Origin: Tubulanus polymorphus
Lineage: Eukaryota > Animalia > Nemertea
Length of the DNA: 64,000 bases
Assembly: GCF_964204645.1 (NCBI RefSeq)
Contig: NC_134025.1
Span: 3,348,001-3,412,000 of the forward strand
Direction: 5' to 3'
The position numbers and the translations under genes are program-made. Below, piece by piece: positions 40,912-54,937 of this stretch. The notes beneath the pieces were generated by a model that was given only the letters and a program-made list of their open reading frames with translations, ran no database searches and was not told where the DNA came from. Position 1 is the first letter of the stretch. Each line of letters starts with the position of its first letter.

Positions 40912-42718
40912 TCATAGTTCCAACCATTCTTTCATGTAAACACAATTTGACGGTGATATCGGCGCACCTTCGTGACACTGGTGGAATACCTGAAAATATA
41001 TATATATAAAATTTCACATTTCTAATCAGCAAACTACTGTTAGAATCAAAATCAATCGGTATCTTACCGGGCAAACTCCACACGGAGTTTTCATTAGACC
41101 AGTGTGTTTTACTAATGGTTGTATCGCTCTATAAAGTTTAGTTTGCCCGTCGGTTGAAGCCACAATTGTTTTTTCAACTTTACCGTCGTATATTAATGTA
41201 TCCAATATTGTTTCAATATCTTCAGCAGATAAATCGACCTATATTGAATGGAATACTCGTCAAATATACAAACATTTCACTCGAAAAGACAATATCTTCA
41301 TGCTCGCTATGTACCTTACTGATTCCGAGTTCAGAAATGTATTTCCATATTTCTTTGCAAGAAGCAAAAGAACTGTTGCGTTGCACCATTGGCTCTGATT
41401 GCGTTTCACGGGCTGTAGCTGCCTGAAATATAAATAAAAAATAATCAAATACGATAAAATTTAACTTACTCGACATTTTCAACCAGGAAATCGGCAGCAA
41501 ACTTAACCTTCTGAGCGAGGAATTTGAAACATTGTTGATTTAATACATCTACAAACTCTGACTCAAAGTCTTGATCACTGTACCATGCTCCACCAGTAAC
41601 CGAACGGTCTGGTTCTACATTGTATAGCATATAAACTTTTTTTTTTGAAGCCTGAAATAATTTTGTAATCACTGATATTTATTCGAGCAGATTTAAAAAT
41701 AAGTCTTCGATATAACAAAGTAAACTCACTGCAACTGATTTCACAGCTTTAATCAATTTTTTGGACTCGAGACTTTTGAGTATTTTGTTAACTTGTGTCA
41801 GTAATAAATTGCTTTTGTATCGAATATCTCGAATCCATATTCCTAAATAATGAAAACAAAACTATTTCAACAGAATTCTATTTTAATTGAAGATGACGGC
41901 CTGTCAACTAGGATCACAATCTTACCCTTATTTCCTGCTTCTTCGATGATTTGATAAACCAGTTTTTCCTGGTGATCAGATCCTTTTACTTTGCTGGGCA
42001 AAAAAATTATAATTGGTTATGACAAAAAATTCAATCCATAAAAAAACCTCTCAAGGAAATTAGGTCATCTTTCTAATTACCTCGCTGATTCAGGGTCCTT
42101 CAGTTTATACAATAGCTGATTACCGCTCCTGAGAAGATCTATCTTTCCCTGAAAAATTTGAAATCAAATATGATCTCAGTCTAGTATCTATCTAGCCATT
42201 GTTCCTCAAACAACGATGTCAACCGGAAACCATAACGTCTGGTATTCAGACTAATGACGGGCTGCCCAGATTTCACCGAATTAAAATCAATCCAAGTTAT
42301 GAATAATAGTTACATGATTCCAGGGAAAATGGATCTAATATTTCAAAAATCCGAATAAAGCGAGTTCTACTTAACCACATAACTAATTTACCGAAGACAG
42401 AAGTCTGTTAAGTGCTTGCACTCTCTGCTGTGGTGTCAGATGAGGAGCACATGTTTGGATCATTGCATCAGTAATTCCTTTTGGAAACTGTTCGCACAAT
42501 TCAATAACCCTGAAAAGGACGAAGCAAGTTCGTAAATCCATCATTTATTTCCAATTAACCAAACTTGATTGATTTTGAATTGACTTTGAAAACTTAATTT
42601 CTGATCGCAAAACCATCAATTATTTCCGTTAACAATTTAGGTAACCCCCGTACCGTTTTTCCAAATCAACAGCATCCGTGTTTTCTTGTTTTATTTTACT
42701 TGTGCTTGCCTCTGCCAT
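40912..42718 (-). CDS. POLR3F: DNA-directed RNA polymerase III subunit RPC6
   Basis: LVYQIIEEAGNKGIWIRDIRYKSNL; ASKKKVYMLYNVEPDRSVTGGAWYSDQDFESEFVDVLNQQC; C-terminal Fe-S cysteines PCGVCP|VFHQC...ISPSNCVYMKEWLEL*. Confidence 0.96.
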
Positions 42719-43076
42719 TGCGAACCAGAAAATGATGATTTGATTGCAAAACCGAAATACCGTGAAGTGAAAATAAATTTCGATTTGGATTGATTTTGAA
42801 AGCAATGTCCGTCACGTGCTTCCCTCTATGAATTACGGAATAATGGCAGGACAATAATTCAATTGATAAGCGTCCGGTTGGATGTCCATTTGAAGATTGA
42901 GATTGATAAACAAAGTAGATAAATGAACTTAAACTCGTAAATTTAGAAATTCCGAAAGAATGAAAATATTGAACATTCTAAAAGATGATTTTATTCTCAA
43001 GTATCCATTTTCACACAGGTCAAGATGCCGGCTAGACTTTTTCGGAGCGGTAAGCAGAGGGTTTACAGTTTATTAT

Positions 43077-45114
43077 CTAGAAATGTGTTAAAGTATTATC
43101 TTGGTTCTCAGTCATATCAAGAGTGGCGTTCTGGAAATTATATGCACCAGTTGTTGCAGCGAAGTCGTCGTCTTCTACGGCGGGCTTGTGCTTTGACAAT
43201 AACTGATACCGTTCACTGGTTAATCTAAGTTTTTTACGCGCTGAAGATAAGAACATTGCAAGAAGAACTGCAATTATTATAAATACTGCCAAAGCAACCG
43301 AAAGTCCAATGAGAATTGCTTCTGCTTCATCAGCTCGGATCCAAATCAGGCGACTAATACTGGATTTTCTACAATCATGACGTTGCATCTTCATTTCTCC
43401 AGACATTGATAAGTCGTGTCCCATCAGTTTCGACCATGTCTTCACGTACGTCTTTCTTGGAATACCATCCACCATGTCACCTGTAGCCCCTATCAACAAA
43501 TATTTTGGCTGCTCGGCCGTGGTTGCATCCCATTGTGGTACGTTGTGTGGAGAATTTGGATTTCTAAAGATAAAAACTTTTAGCAATTAATATACCGTTC
43601 TTGGTGTAGAATGTGGCATACAAATATCGTAAATCATTTTCGTTAACTTACCCAGACTTTGCAAAGTTGCTCCAATACTTCATCATTGTTCTCATCATGT
43701 CATTATCGTTCTTATCATTCGAGCCAAATAAATACAAAAGTTCATCTCCACAGGCGGCTCCATTTGTTGCCCAATCTATAGCAGCTGATTTAGCTCCTCT
43801 GTAATCGAAGACGTACTGGAAGGTGTTGCCATTCCCTGGTAAACTGTTATGTAAATCGGTAAGGATTGACGCTTGACTTGTGAATAATTTGTCGGTCATC
43901 ATCGACACTACTTTCTTCAAACGTTCGGTCGGTTCATCACTGTTGTAAAGGTTTTTGATCAGTTGGACAGCTTCGATTTTCGAAAATTCTCGCGAACCCA
44001 TGATTTTGGCCATGGTCTGTGTTACGGTTGCCATAAATTGTGCGTCAGATAAACCATTACTGGCGCCAATATCATTCAAGAATGCCGACACTAGTGATTT
44101 GGACGCGTATTCATTACTGTTGCTTCCTACTATAACATCAACCGACCCAAAACGTTTCGCTGACATAGATGCGGGATCGCGTAAGTCAATCATGAGACTG
44201 GGCAGGAGAAAATCATAATCATCTTCAGCGGGTTGAAACGATGGAGCGTTCGTAATATCTGCAATAGTTTTCGCTGGTTTTCCTTTAAAACAACCAAGTA
44301 AATCCTTTGCCTGAGTTGGAATGGTGGCACTTTTGTTCCATGTACATCCCAGCAAATCACCAGCAGCAACAACATGTTTTCGATGTTCGTCAGTAGATAA
44401 AGGATAGTGGAATGGTTCACTTTGGAGAATTACTCTTTTAATCATCATATGTTTATTTGCTTTAGATCCTGCCAAATATCGGGTAGCTCTGGCACCATCG
44501 CCTGAACCAAACACAGTGATTCTGTTCATATCACCACCGAAAGAGGCAACGTTTTCTTTGACCCATTTTATAGCTTCAATCTGGTCCTTAAGTCCGTAAT
44601 TACCACACAGAACGGGGTCATGAAAATTCATGAAACCAAGCGGTCCTAGACGATAGTTAAACGTAACTACAATCACGTTAGTCGTCGCTGCAAGTAAACT
44701 ACCGTCATAATCAGCACCAGATCCAGATACAAATCCACCACCATGGATAAATATCATCACTGCAAGATCATCCCCGGGTTTTGCATTTTGTGGCATGAAT
44801 ACATTGAGGGTGAGGCAGTCCTCGTTCATATCACCTGTACCTTTCTGGTAACACTTCGGGCCATAGCTGGTCGCCTGCAACGTGTTGTTGGTGTAGTTAG
44901 AATTCCACGGTGAAGTAGGTTGGAATCGTAATTCACCTGTTGGAGGCTTTGCGTACGGTATTCCCAAGAACTTGACGATCGGATTAGAGTTTGTGCTGTC
45001 AACTGTTCCCGTAATATCTCCAAATTGCGTCGTGACATAATCTTTACCAATAGCAGCTGAAGTCGATAGAATCACCAACGAACACAATATCGATAACAGC
45101 CCAGCGGATGCCAT
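43077..45114 (-). CDS. Cholinesterase-like (carboxylesterase type B fold) single-pass membrane protein, catalytically inactive
   Basis: Signal peptide; FLGIPYAKPPTGELRF, EDCLTLNVF, IHGGGF, NYRLGPLGF, GNYGLKDQ, WSNFAKSG|NPN; TM helix ILIGLSVALAVFIIIAVLLAMFL; nucleophile motif reads FGSGDG instead of GESAG. Two coding exons. Confidence 0.9.
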
Positions 45115-45595
45115 CTTTCAGGGGTCTGAATGTGTGTTGTTTATAATACGACGGTCGTTGTCAGGTCTGATCAATGCTCAGCGATATAAGAAAATAAATC
45201 AAGGGTCAGGCAAGAGTGGTTCTGAAATATTCGTGCATGTCAGTACTGTTGCTTTGTCTTATTATTGGTCAAGCGTAATCAACCAGGTAGCAATCTGTTT
45301 GACGTAAATATCTTTGAATATACATGTTTCACGTTTATTTGCCATATACATACACTAACTAGTGTTATGCGTGTTGTTGCGAAATTAAGGAAATTAATGA
45401 AAATGTAATTTAACACAATACACACACAGAGTATTTAATACGATATAATACACACATTTATGGCGAATATTTGAATGAAAACATAAGTTATGGATATAAC
45501 AAATTTAACAAATATTTATTCATTATTCCGTATACAGCGCAATAAATATACATTTAGTTAGAAATTATGCAATTAGATTAAGAAGTTAACATTGT

Positions 45596-48500
45596 CTACA
45601 TCAAAATAGAACTCATCGATTCTTGAAGTTCATCTGAAATGAATAAAATAAGATCATTTTAAGAGAACATTTTCTAATCTAAAAATTGCGACTTCGAAAG
45701 ATGGCTAATCTACATATTTATATATATACCTGCCGCGGCGGTGTATCGACGCTTTTTAAGGTGTTTTATCAGATCTGTAACAGTCGGATTTGGTTCCCGG
45801 GACATCCATTTCCGTAAGGCGTTATACGTTTTTTCTCGAAGTCCAAAATGTGAATGGTCAACCTCGCTGAGTTCGGCCTCCGTCAGACCTAACTCGCTTG
45901 AAAATTGTGACCAATTCTTGAAAATCTCGGGATTTTGAGAGACTCGCACGAAAGCACGTTTCAATTTTCCAGCTACAACAAACAAAATGACATGAAATTA
46001 CTCTCAACCAATCTATTTGATTTCGTGCAGAAACAGGAAGCTGGATTTACCGTTTGTATGACAAGCTCTTTCTTGTTTCCAGTAGAATTCTTTTTCTCTG
46101 ATGTCGCGCGCTAAATCAACTCGACCGATTTTTACCAGAGCGTTACTGAGAATTTCAGCCTACTCATCAGAGAAATAAAGGAAAACATATAAATTCTATA
46201 AGGAAACCTCAACTCGATATAATTCGTCCATTCTATAGACGTTAGTGAACTGACAATATATTAATAGAATCAATTAGTCGACATAAGTCGACCGACTTAC
46301 CTTATTTGCAAATCTCGGGACTTTTTTCAGCCACGAGAGAAGCATATCATACTTAGCATGGCGAGTATCAGTATTTCTCCCATTTTCTCGTAGTATAGCT
46401 TGTATTCTTGCTCTCCTTACGTTTAAACATGTTCCTAATCTTGTCCATTCATCGCCTAGTTCTGTGGCAACATGTTTCAGTATTATATCATCCAAAGCGT
46501 CTAGAAAAGAGCACAATATCCATGTATAGAAGCTGATACGATTTTGCGAAAGAAACATCCAGAAACTGATCAACGTACCACTGCCAAACGCTATTCTCAC
46601 GGGAGCTTTATGGATATGGTGGGAATTCTCTGTTTCGGGCTGAAAATTTTAAGATATATAATTTGAAATGAAAATTCAGGAACAATTGTCAAAAACTGCT
46701 GACTGTTGTTTGTCAAGAATATTTCAATGACCTTTGGAATATTGATCAGTAACTCAGCTAAGAGTTTATCACCCATCACCCACTCAGTCTTCACTGGTTG
46801 ACCTTTCTTTACGTCGTCCGAGTATACCGGTCGCTCTACAAGACCTCGAGTGAAAATCTGCGCGAATCCACGATACACGCTAAAACTCTTTTGCGCAAAC
46901 TGGTCGATTTCAGTACAATCGAACTGAACGAAATCGCGTAACTGTGAATTATAGATGAGTCTTAAATCTTCACCCGCGCCTTCAGATGGTTTGACATTTC
47001 CTCGAAATCGTATATACATAGCTTGTCCTTCTATGAGCGTGAATTCTTTACTCGGATTCGGCCCCTCGTCGTATCCTTCTTCGCTCAAATGACGTAACGT
47101 TCGTTCTGTGCGAGATGAAGGAACGCAAGTTACTAAAACGTCGCAAAGGTCGTTAGTTCTCTGTCGTAGAATCATCTGTACCGGTTTTTCGAGAAGTGTA
47201 TTCTCGATTGTTTTTGCAATTTTTTCTACTCGTGCCTGTGAAGTAGATTCCCTCGTTCTCAGTAACATCAGCCTTAATAAAATGATTTTTGATATTATCA
47301 AATAGTAGATAAACCGACGGCAAATGCTAACCCTAAATAAATTATAAACTCACCTTGATACGGGATAAGGTAACTCAAAGTTTACGGCATCTTTGTTTTT
47401 GAGTTGAACCAGTTCAATATCTGGGTTGACTGTCCAATTAGTCTCAGAATCATCCCTCATTAGCAAATCCAACCTGTCATCTTCATCTTCTGAAAAATTA
47501 AAAAATAGGCTGAAATAAAATGATACTATGTTTCACCTATCGGCCGGGTGATTTTCTAATAAAATTTGTAATCAGTGCATTTCTATAACTGTCGGGTCTT
47601 AGCTTGATCGTGATTTAAAGAATAATTGTAATGTGCACGACAGATAGGCGGCCGGCCGGGTCAACTTATAAGCTCGGCAGAAGTGAGAAACAAGGTATCA
47701 CTTTTTTAGCCTTATTTCTGTATGTGTTTGTTAAGTATTTTGTGGGCGGTCTCGATTTTGTCCTTACCTTCGACCTTCTTTTTCAGAGTGCCAAATGTGA
47801 ACAAGGCTGACGTGGGTCGTGGTGATTCGACGGTTGTCAACGGTTTTCTAATTTTTGCGGTGGGAGCAGCAGTTTCAGGACGTTTCAACTTTGCTGGGTT
47901 TTGGGGTATAGGTAGAGACACGGTGATTGGCTTCAGGAATTTTCGAATTTTCATATTCAAATGAAATATTGGACTACACGAAAGAAGCGCATCGCATTCA
48001 CCAGGGGTTTCCTCGTCCACTCTCCGTTTCTTCAATTCGTTCACAAGACTTGATTCAATCGGCTGCACCTAAACCACGATAAGAGAATTCTTTAACGCTA
48101 TTCTAAGAGAAGAAACTGAATTTCTTACTGAATAACCCTCTGTCACCTTCATAATGAATGATGTATGCAATCTCAGAGCGCCTGGTCGGAAATCCAAAAG
48201 TATCCGTGAATCAACTGACGATACGATTTTCCCACCTCGTTTGGACATTGATTGGTGATCAGTCCTCAGTTTAGTTATGACGGCGAATGTAATGGGTTTT
48301 TTCACGCGTACCTCTACAAATCTCAGTTCCTAGAATTGAACCAAAACATTTCAGTTTGAGCACAATATATCATCAAATGAATATAGATTGTATCGCTTTC
48401 TGTTTAGTAGATTCCATACCTTGAGATCAGCTATGAACGCATCTTTTGTAGTTGCCTCTTTCCACTCGCCATTTTCATCAAGAATCTTAATCACCGGTTC

Positions 48501-51500
48501 TCGGGTCGGGTTTGATCTTGGCGCTACATGAGGAATGGCAACAGCCCAGGCTTCAGCACACTAGATATGATAAATTGAGTTAGCATTTTCGAATCCAGTT
48601 TTGTAGTTTTTAGAATCATCTAGTTCAATCTATATATCTCTACAAAAATACCTAATGTACCTTAAATGTTCGGTCAGGAATAGTAGCCACAAGCCTAATT
48701 ATATTGCTGACTAGTTCCTCATCGTCGCAAAGCGGCAAACCTGCTTTCTCCTGGTCAATTTTATCACACATTAGATCTAGCTTTTCAAGGTAGTCATCGA
48801 TTGTTCGAACAACACAGCCAATTCCCTGGTCATATTCACCTTGTTCAATTTCATATCTGTGAAAACATTAACTTGATATAATTTACGAATACCTGTTCAT
48901 TGAATGATAACTACAGATACTCACATAAGTGGGGTCCAGTTTTTGGGATCACGTCGTTCCCTCTCCATTTGTTGAATTTCATCTTCTTTGAGCTTTGAAC
49001 CTTTCACTTTCTCGAGTTGTTCTATTCGTTTTCGTTTTTGCTCCTGAGCTCTCAATTCGTCCAATTCGATTTGTCGCCGTTTTTCTTCCTGTTTCCTTTT
49101 TTCTTCTTCTTCAACACGACGTTTTTCCTCGGCGGCGACCTTTGCACGCTCGAACGTTACTTTAGCTTCTTCGGCTTGGACTTGTGCTTTCTCCGCCTCC
49201 TCGTAGAGTCGTTCAGTTTCCACTTGAAGTTCTGAACACAGTTTTATTGCTTCTGCTAACCGGACCTCTGCTTCAGCAAGACCTACTTTCGCCGATGAAC
49301 CATCAGCCATCATTATTTTCTTACGAGCCAAGACTTCTGCGGCTAAGAAAAAAGGCAAATAACAAAATCATATAAACTGTTTATGGATGTTCCATGTTAT
49401 TCTATGAATGAAAATCATTACCTATCAAATCAGATGGTGGTTTAGTAACCCATGATGATAAATCTTCTTTCTTTATTTTCGTATTGATCGTATTTTGTAA
49501 TTCTAGCATCGACGACTGAACCGTGGATACAGTTTTTGAGATCAAACTTACGTCCTCCAGCGATTTACCAATCACTATCATCGTCTTGTCAACAGTCGAC
49601 AGGAGTTCATCTTTTCGTTCATAGGTGACCAGTGAAGAAGAATAGAGTTTCTCTTGTTCTGCGTTTAGATCACGTTTTAGTCCGTTCAATTTCTCCATTA
49701 GCTTGGTGATGCCATCCTTTTGTTCATCTTCATAGACAGATATCAGTTCACTAGGTGCTTTCTCACATGTTACATCAACTCTAGCCATCTCTGTATCGAA
49801 TTCAGCTTCGCTTCCGTCGACTCTATTTTCAGTCTCCCCTTCAGTAATACTTTCATCCATTTCATCGTCATCACTTACATATTTAGAATGATCGTTTTCT
49901 TCCTCATTCTTATCGAGAATTATTGAGCCATTTATCTTAATCGTTTGACTTTTATTGACAGGGAAATCAACGTTGCTTTCTTGATCGCTGTTTGTAACGT
50001 TCATAGCTACTGAAAGATTTGTTTCTTCACAATCCACGCTAATACTTCGATTATCTTCACTTCTGTCACTTTTCGACTCATTATCTTCATCACCTGTTTC
50101 ATTGGCATCATCGTCTTCAGCTTCGAAATCATTCTCATATTCATCAACGGTTCCATCATCTTGCTCTGGGTCCATGGTCACTGATTCCACAATGACACAT
50201 TCGTTAGTAGGATATGATACTGCATCATCTGTGGGATCGCCGTTATCAATTGTATCTACATGAATGATTTCGTCCGTGTGCTCTGGTATAGCATTATCAA
50301 CGTTGCCGACATCATCGATAACAATTGACTGATTGACTCCCATGGATGGTTCCTCTTTCGTTTCGTAATTTTCAATGGTCAAAGCCTGAACACTTTCAAA
50401 ACAGCCATTCTCATTATTCTCATTTTCAAACTCTTGATCCATACCATCGTGTTTTGGAACATTCTGAGATTTTCTGTTACGAGTCACTTGAAGTTTAATG
50501 TCCGGTTGGTCATTATCCATATGTGATTTACAACGATTATTACGTCGTTCTCTTTGTTTGTCGTTTGAATTCCTTCTTTCAGTAACCAACTTTTCTTCGA
50601 TTCCTTTAATCTCTGGTTCGACGTCTACAGACTCAACTCCTCCAATCCTCGGTTCAACTCCTGCAGACCCGAGTCCTTGTATCTCTGGCTCAACGTCTAC
50701 AGAACCTTCTTTAATATCAGACTTAACGTCTACAGAAGTAACTCCTGTCATCTCTGGTTCACCTTCTACTTGCACAGCTCCTTTCATCTCTGGTTCAACT
50801 TCTACTTGCACAGCTCCTTTCATCTCTGGTTCAACTTCTACTTGCACAGCTCCTTTCATCTCTGGTTCAACTTCTACTTGCACAGCTCCTTTCATCTCTG
50901 GTTCAACTTCTACTTGCACAGCTCCTTTCATCTCTGGTTCAACTTCTACTTGCACAGCTCCTTTCATCTCTGGTTCAACTTCTGATCTGACTTCTGCCAA
51001 CTCGACTTCTGTCGACTCACGTTTTAATTCTATCTCGACCCCTCCCGAGTCTGAAGACCCTGGTTTGTCGACTACAGAACCGACGCATCCTTTCATCTCT
51101 GGCTCAACGTCTACAAAACCGACTTCTCCAACCTCCGCTTCAACTTCTGCAGACCCGATTCCTTGTATCTCTGGCTCAGCGTCTACGGAACCTTCTTCTT
51201 TAATATCTGGTTTAAAATCTACAGAACCGGTTCCTTTCATCTCTTGTTCGACTTCTGATCTGACTTCTACCAACCCGACTTCGGTCGACTCAGGTTTTGA
51301 TTCAATCTCGACCGCTCCTGACTCTGTAGATCCTGGCTCATATGCGATACTCTTTTCCAGTGTGGTGTCGCCGGAATTCTCTTCTTTCTCTGGTATTTCA
51401 CAAATCTTTATTTCTTTCCCCACTTCAAGGTCTAGACTGACATCATGTTCAGTTTGACCATTGTTGGTTGTAACGTTCTCTTCTAATGTAACATCCTTTT

Positions 51501-52230
51501 TATTGGGATCTCCGCATTCAATTGTGACAGAATTGTTTTCTATTTCGCCTTCGTTTATTTCAAGATCTTTACTGTCAGGTTCTGAATCACTTGCTGCAGA
51601 TTGAATAAGACCATCGCGCGTTATTTCCGTAGAAATAGTACATTCGTTATCGCTGTAATCAGATGATTTAGATCCTTCGTTTCCACTTTCATCATATGTA
51701 TCAATTGTAATTGAAGGTATACCTCCAGATGAAACACGCAAACATTCCGTGGTTTTTGCTTCATTTTCCCCTGTTAAGAGAACTATTTCATTGTCTTTTT
51801 TTGCTTGTTTTTCTTCTTCGTGACTCGAAGTTTCAAGGACGACAAACCCTTCCTCGCTCGGGTTATCTTGATTGTCAGCTACAGAAAGCACTGTAGAATG
51901 CTGGATATCTTGACGTTTTTCTAAGTCTTCATTTGTTTCATCAAACGTATCCGGGTTGTCATTGCTAGGGTCTCTATTGATCATAGCTTGTTGTTCAGCG
52001 TGCTCAGTATCGACGTGGCTTTTGATGTCGAAATTTATAATTCTACTTTCTTCAGTCGAAGTGTCGCTGTCGTTTGATCTGACATGATCAAACGTTTCCG
52101 CAGATTTGATTGTTTCCGGATTTTCCTCTTGGAATATTTGATGAGGTTCTTCGTGAGCATCGTGACTGTTTGATTCGGGTTTAATAGCCGTTACGACAGT
52201 TTCAATTACCTCAGATGTTCCGACTTCCAT
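45596..52230 (-). CDS. DTHD1: Death domain-containing protein 1-like (acidic N-terminus, coiled coil, ZU5-ZU5-UPA, two death domains)
   Basis: 2.8-kb acidic first exon; EELVSNIIRL and AIPH (ZU5), GGKIVSSVDSRILLDFRPGA, CSPIF..KPITVSLP; FRGNVKP and YRGFAQIF (UPA-like); death domains LKHVATELGDEWTRLGTCLNV..DMLLSW and WSQFSSELGLTEAEL..YNALRKW; stop at 45596. Confidence 0.75.
50762..50982 (-). repeat. 36-bp coding tandem repeat x6 (EPEMKGAVQVEV)
   Basis: TGCACAGCTC recurs at 50771, 50807, 50843, 50879, 50915, 50951; copies essentially identical. Confidence 0.95.
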
Positions 52231-53573
52231 GATTGATTATATTCAACAGGCAACGACAGTAATTTATTTCAAATCTGACTAGAATTAGAATAAGAAATTA
52301 GATAAAATAACATTTTCCGACCATGGCTCATTCCCCATGTTTATCTTTTGGTTTTTTGTGAATGGTATTTTTGATATGACACATTAATCATTACATATTG
52401 ATTTTCCTCGTGCATTTTTGCTTGTATCATCGGAAATTAACCAATCCATTCAAATTATCAACAATATTCCACGATCCAAAATAGATCGTGACAATTTCAT
52501 AACGCTACTTATAATTTTTGGTAATATGCGTCGATTGACCTATGCGTAGAATTGCTTACCTTTTCAAAACTGTTTTCCCGATCCGCATAGCTTATACGAC
52601 GTTAACTCAACACACCGCTCCCTCGCAGTCTGGATACGCGATCTGATTGATTCTCTTTTAATTCACATTTATTTGATCGAAACAAAACAAAAAAATTCCC
52701 GCGTGTACCGAGTGTTTTTCAGTCATTCGAGTTCGTTGATAAAGAAAAGGCGTATATTGGCCTTTAACAGGTATGCTTCCCTAACGACGGCGGCTAAGGT
52801 AATTCTCGTTTGGCTTTTGTTCAGTTACAAAAGTATTAATTCAGCCGTGTGGCAATAATACACAGTAAGATATGACCGCCAGGTATTCTGTACTGGTCAA
52901 TTAATACAACTCTATCGAATTAATATCCTAGTGTGTATAAATCTGAATATTTGATCTCATTATATTCCGGCGTCTAATGACTGCATTGATACATTATTGC
53001 AATCGATCTACTAAGATTGAAGAAGAGCGGATTGTCACATGACCTTAAATAAATTAATCAGAATTTTAAACTAAGGCTTATACTCTGTATGAACTGTTTC
53101 CACATACAGGGTTTTGAAGTTGAGAGTATTATTTTAAACCCGTAGTATATCCCCGAGTATATCGCTGACAGAAAAGCCAGACATCATTAATTGGGCTTTA
53201 CCAAGTGTCCCGATTTAAGTTGTGATAACTTTTGATTTGTTTATATTTGAGGCAATCATAGATTGATTGATTTCATGACTAAGAGGGAAGTTGTGTAAAG
53301 CTTGCAGACAATAAACACCAACAGTTCTATGACAAGTTACAAAAGCTTAATATTAATCTAGTTATAACCGCCATAGCAACCGTGATCATCTCATGGTTGC
53401 TACTGTAAACTGTGTCCGGAGCACTTTGAGTTCTATGCTCTGTCTGATCACGATTGCGTGAATCTATGTTGAATTTGATGTCAATGAATAAAAACAGCAC
53501 GCAGTATTTTTCAAAACTAATCTCAACGGATCCGATCATGGAGTTATAAAACGTATAACTTTAAACGTCTATT

Positions 53574-53812
53574 GCGGGGTGGATCTAGGAAAATCGGAAG
53601 GCGGGCCGGGGTCGAGAAGAAAAAAGAAAAGGAATTTCTCGGAAAGAGCAGCCACCCTCGGTGTTGGAAGAAATCCACCCGAAGAGATACAACTTCTGAG
53701 GGGTAGTATGGTGTCAAATTTGCAGGTTTTTACAATCTCTGTCTTGGTGAGGAAAAGGGCATCTTCTGTGGGAAGTCCGGACCCACCACCCCCTAAATCG
53801 TCGGTCCGCCCA
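53574..53812. mobile_element. Degenerate MITE-like remnant
   Basis: GC-rich island beginning GGGGTGGATCTAGG and ending CCCCCTAAATCG..TCCGCCC, resembling GGGGCGGATCTAG...CTAGATCCGCCCC-type TIR elements; TIR match is poor. Confidence 0.35.
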
Positions 53813-54937
53813 CCAAACCCGAAGAGCCCTCGAGTCATGCCGTTCGACGCCGCTCGAAAGACGAAGATACAGGAAGGGTATCAGGGTATCATTAAAGACA
53901 TGAGACATATATTGGGATTCGAACCACTGGCCAGTCGTATAAAGGTTGAGTATGTCTCGACGTTTCCCGTTTCAAGCCCGCGCACGTTGTCGATACGCAT
54001 CGATGCGCATGAAAATGACCCGTCCGTTCCAGTTGTCCGATTCCTAGTGCCATAATGTGCTGTCCTCTACATTAAATCTAAGATGGCGTCGTATTTTCAT
54101 CATCGGATCAGGTCGAAAGTTAGTGATTGATTCTATCTGTTTTGGATCATTCGTCCAGCTCTCGTTCGGGCTTATAACAGACGAAGAAGGCTGTTGATTT
54201 TTCTGGTAAGATTTTGCTTGTGGACGGCGATGAAATAATTAGTTACACATTCACTTCTGTAATGGAAATTTAGATAGAATGCAACGATCCTCTTTCTTGC
54301 ATTCGTCGATGATCCACCCCTACCGTCTCCGACTCCATCCCCATTCCATCGTTTAAGCCCTAGCGGTGTGTGTGTGCCTGGGGTAGTTAAACTTCATGCC
54401 TATGTTTCATTATGATTCATATACATAGTAGGCCCCTACAAAGGAGGCAAAATTTTTGGCCTGACAAAAATATGACATACTACCAACGTTCCTTTTCTAC
54501 AACTTCATCGAACACTAAAAACAGTAAAATTCTTGTGACTTTTTGTTGTGGTGTGTGATGACTGAACAATTGTTATTTTGAATGTTTACCCTTTTTTTCA
54601 AAAGATTTCGGTAAAAGTGCAGATCTGCACCTCTCCGCGTAAACGGTTCAATCAATTACATTAAATATCATTGTTTCAGATTCAAAATGTCATCAGCAAT
54701 TCATACATTGCCATTGGTTAATTTTGATATATCTTCACTAGAAAGATTTAGCCTGGATACTGTGATTCACTGATTCAGTGGATTGCGTCAATCACGAGAG
54801 GAGCGGATCTGCACTTTTACCGAGATTTCGTTTGATTACAGATGATAATAGAAAAGCACATTATTATCATTATTGTCAACATCGAAGTAGTAGTTGGCCT
54901 AGCCTAGACCTAGTACATACACCCTGTCTAATAGTCA

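Noticed and set aside
50498-51457. 319-aa + strand ORF with STSTCTAPFISG repeats (also 50677-50985)
   Set aside because: Antisense shadow of the repetitive DTHD1-like exon; repeats lacking stops keep other frames open.
53579-54055. 158-aa + strand ORF upstream of USP6NL
   Set aside because: Starts at GTG, overlaps a GC-rich MITE-like remnant, a reverse B-box (GGGATTCGAACC) and promoter DNA; no recognisable domain.
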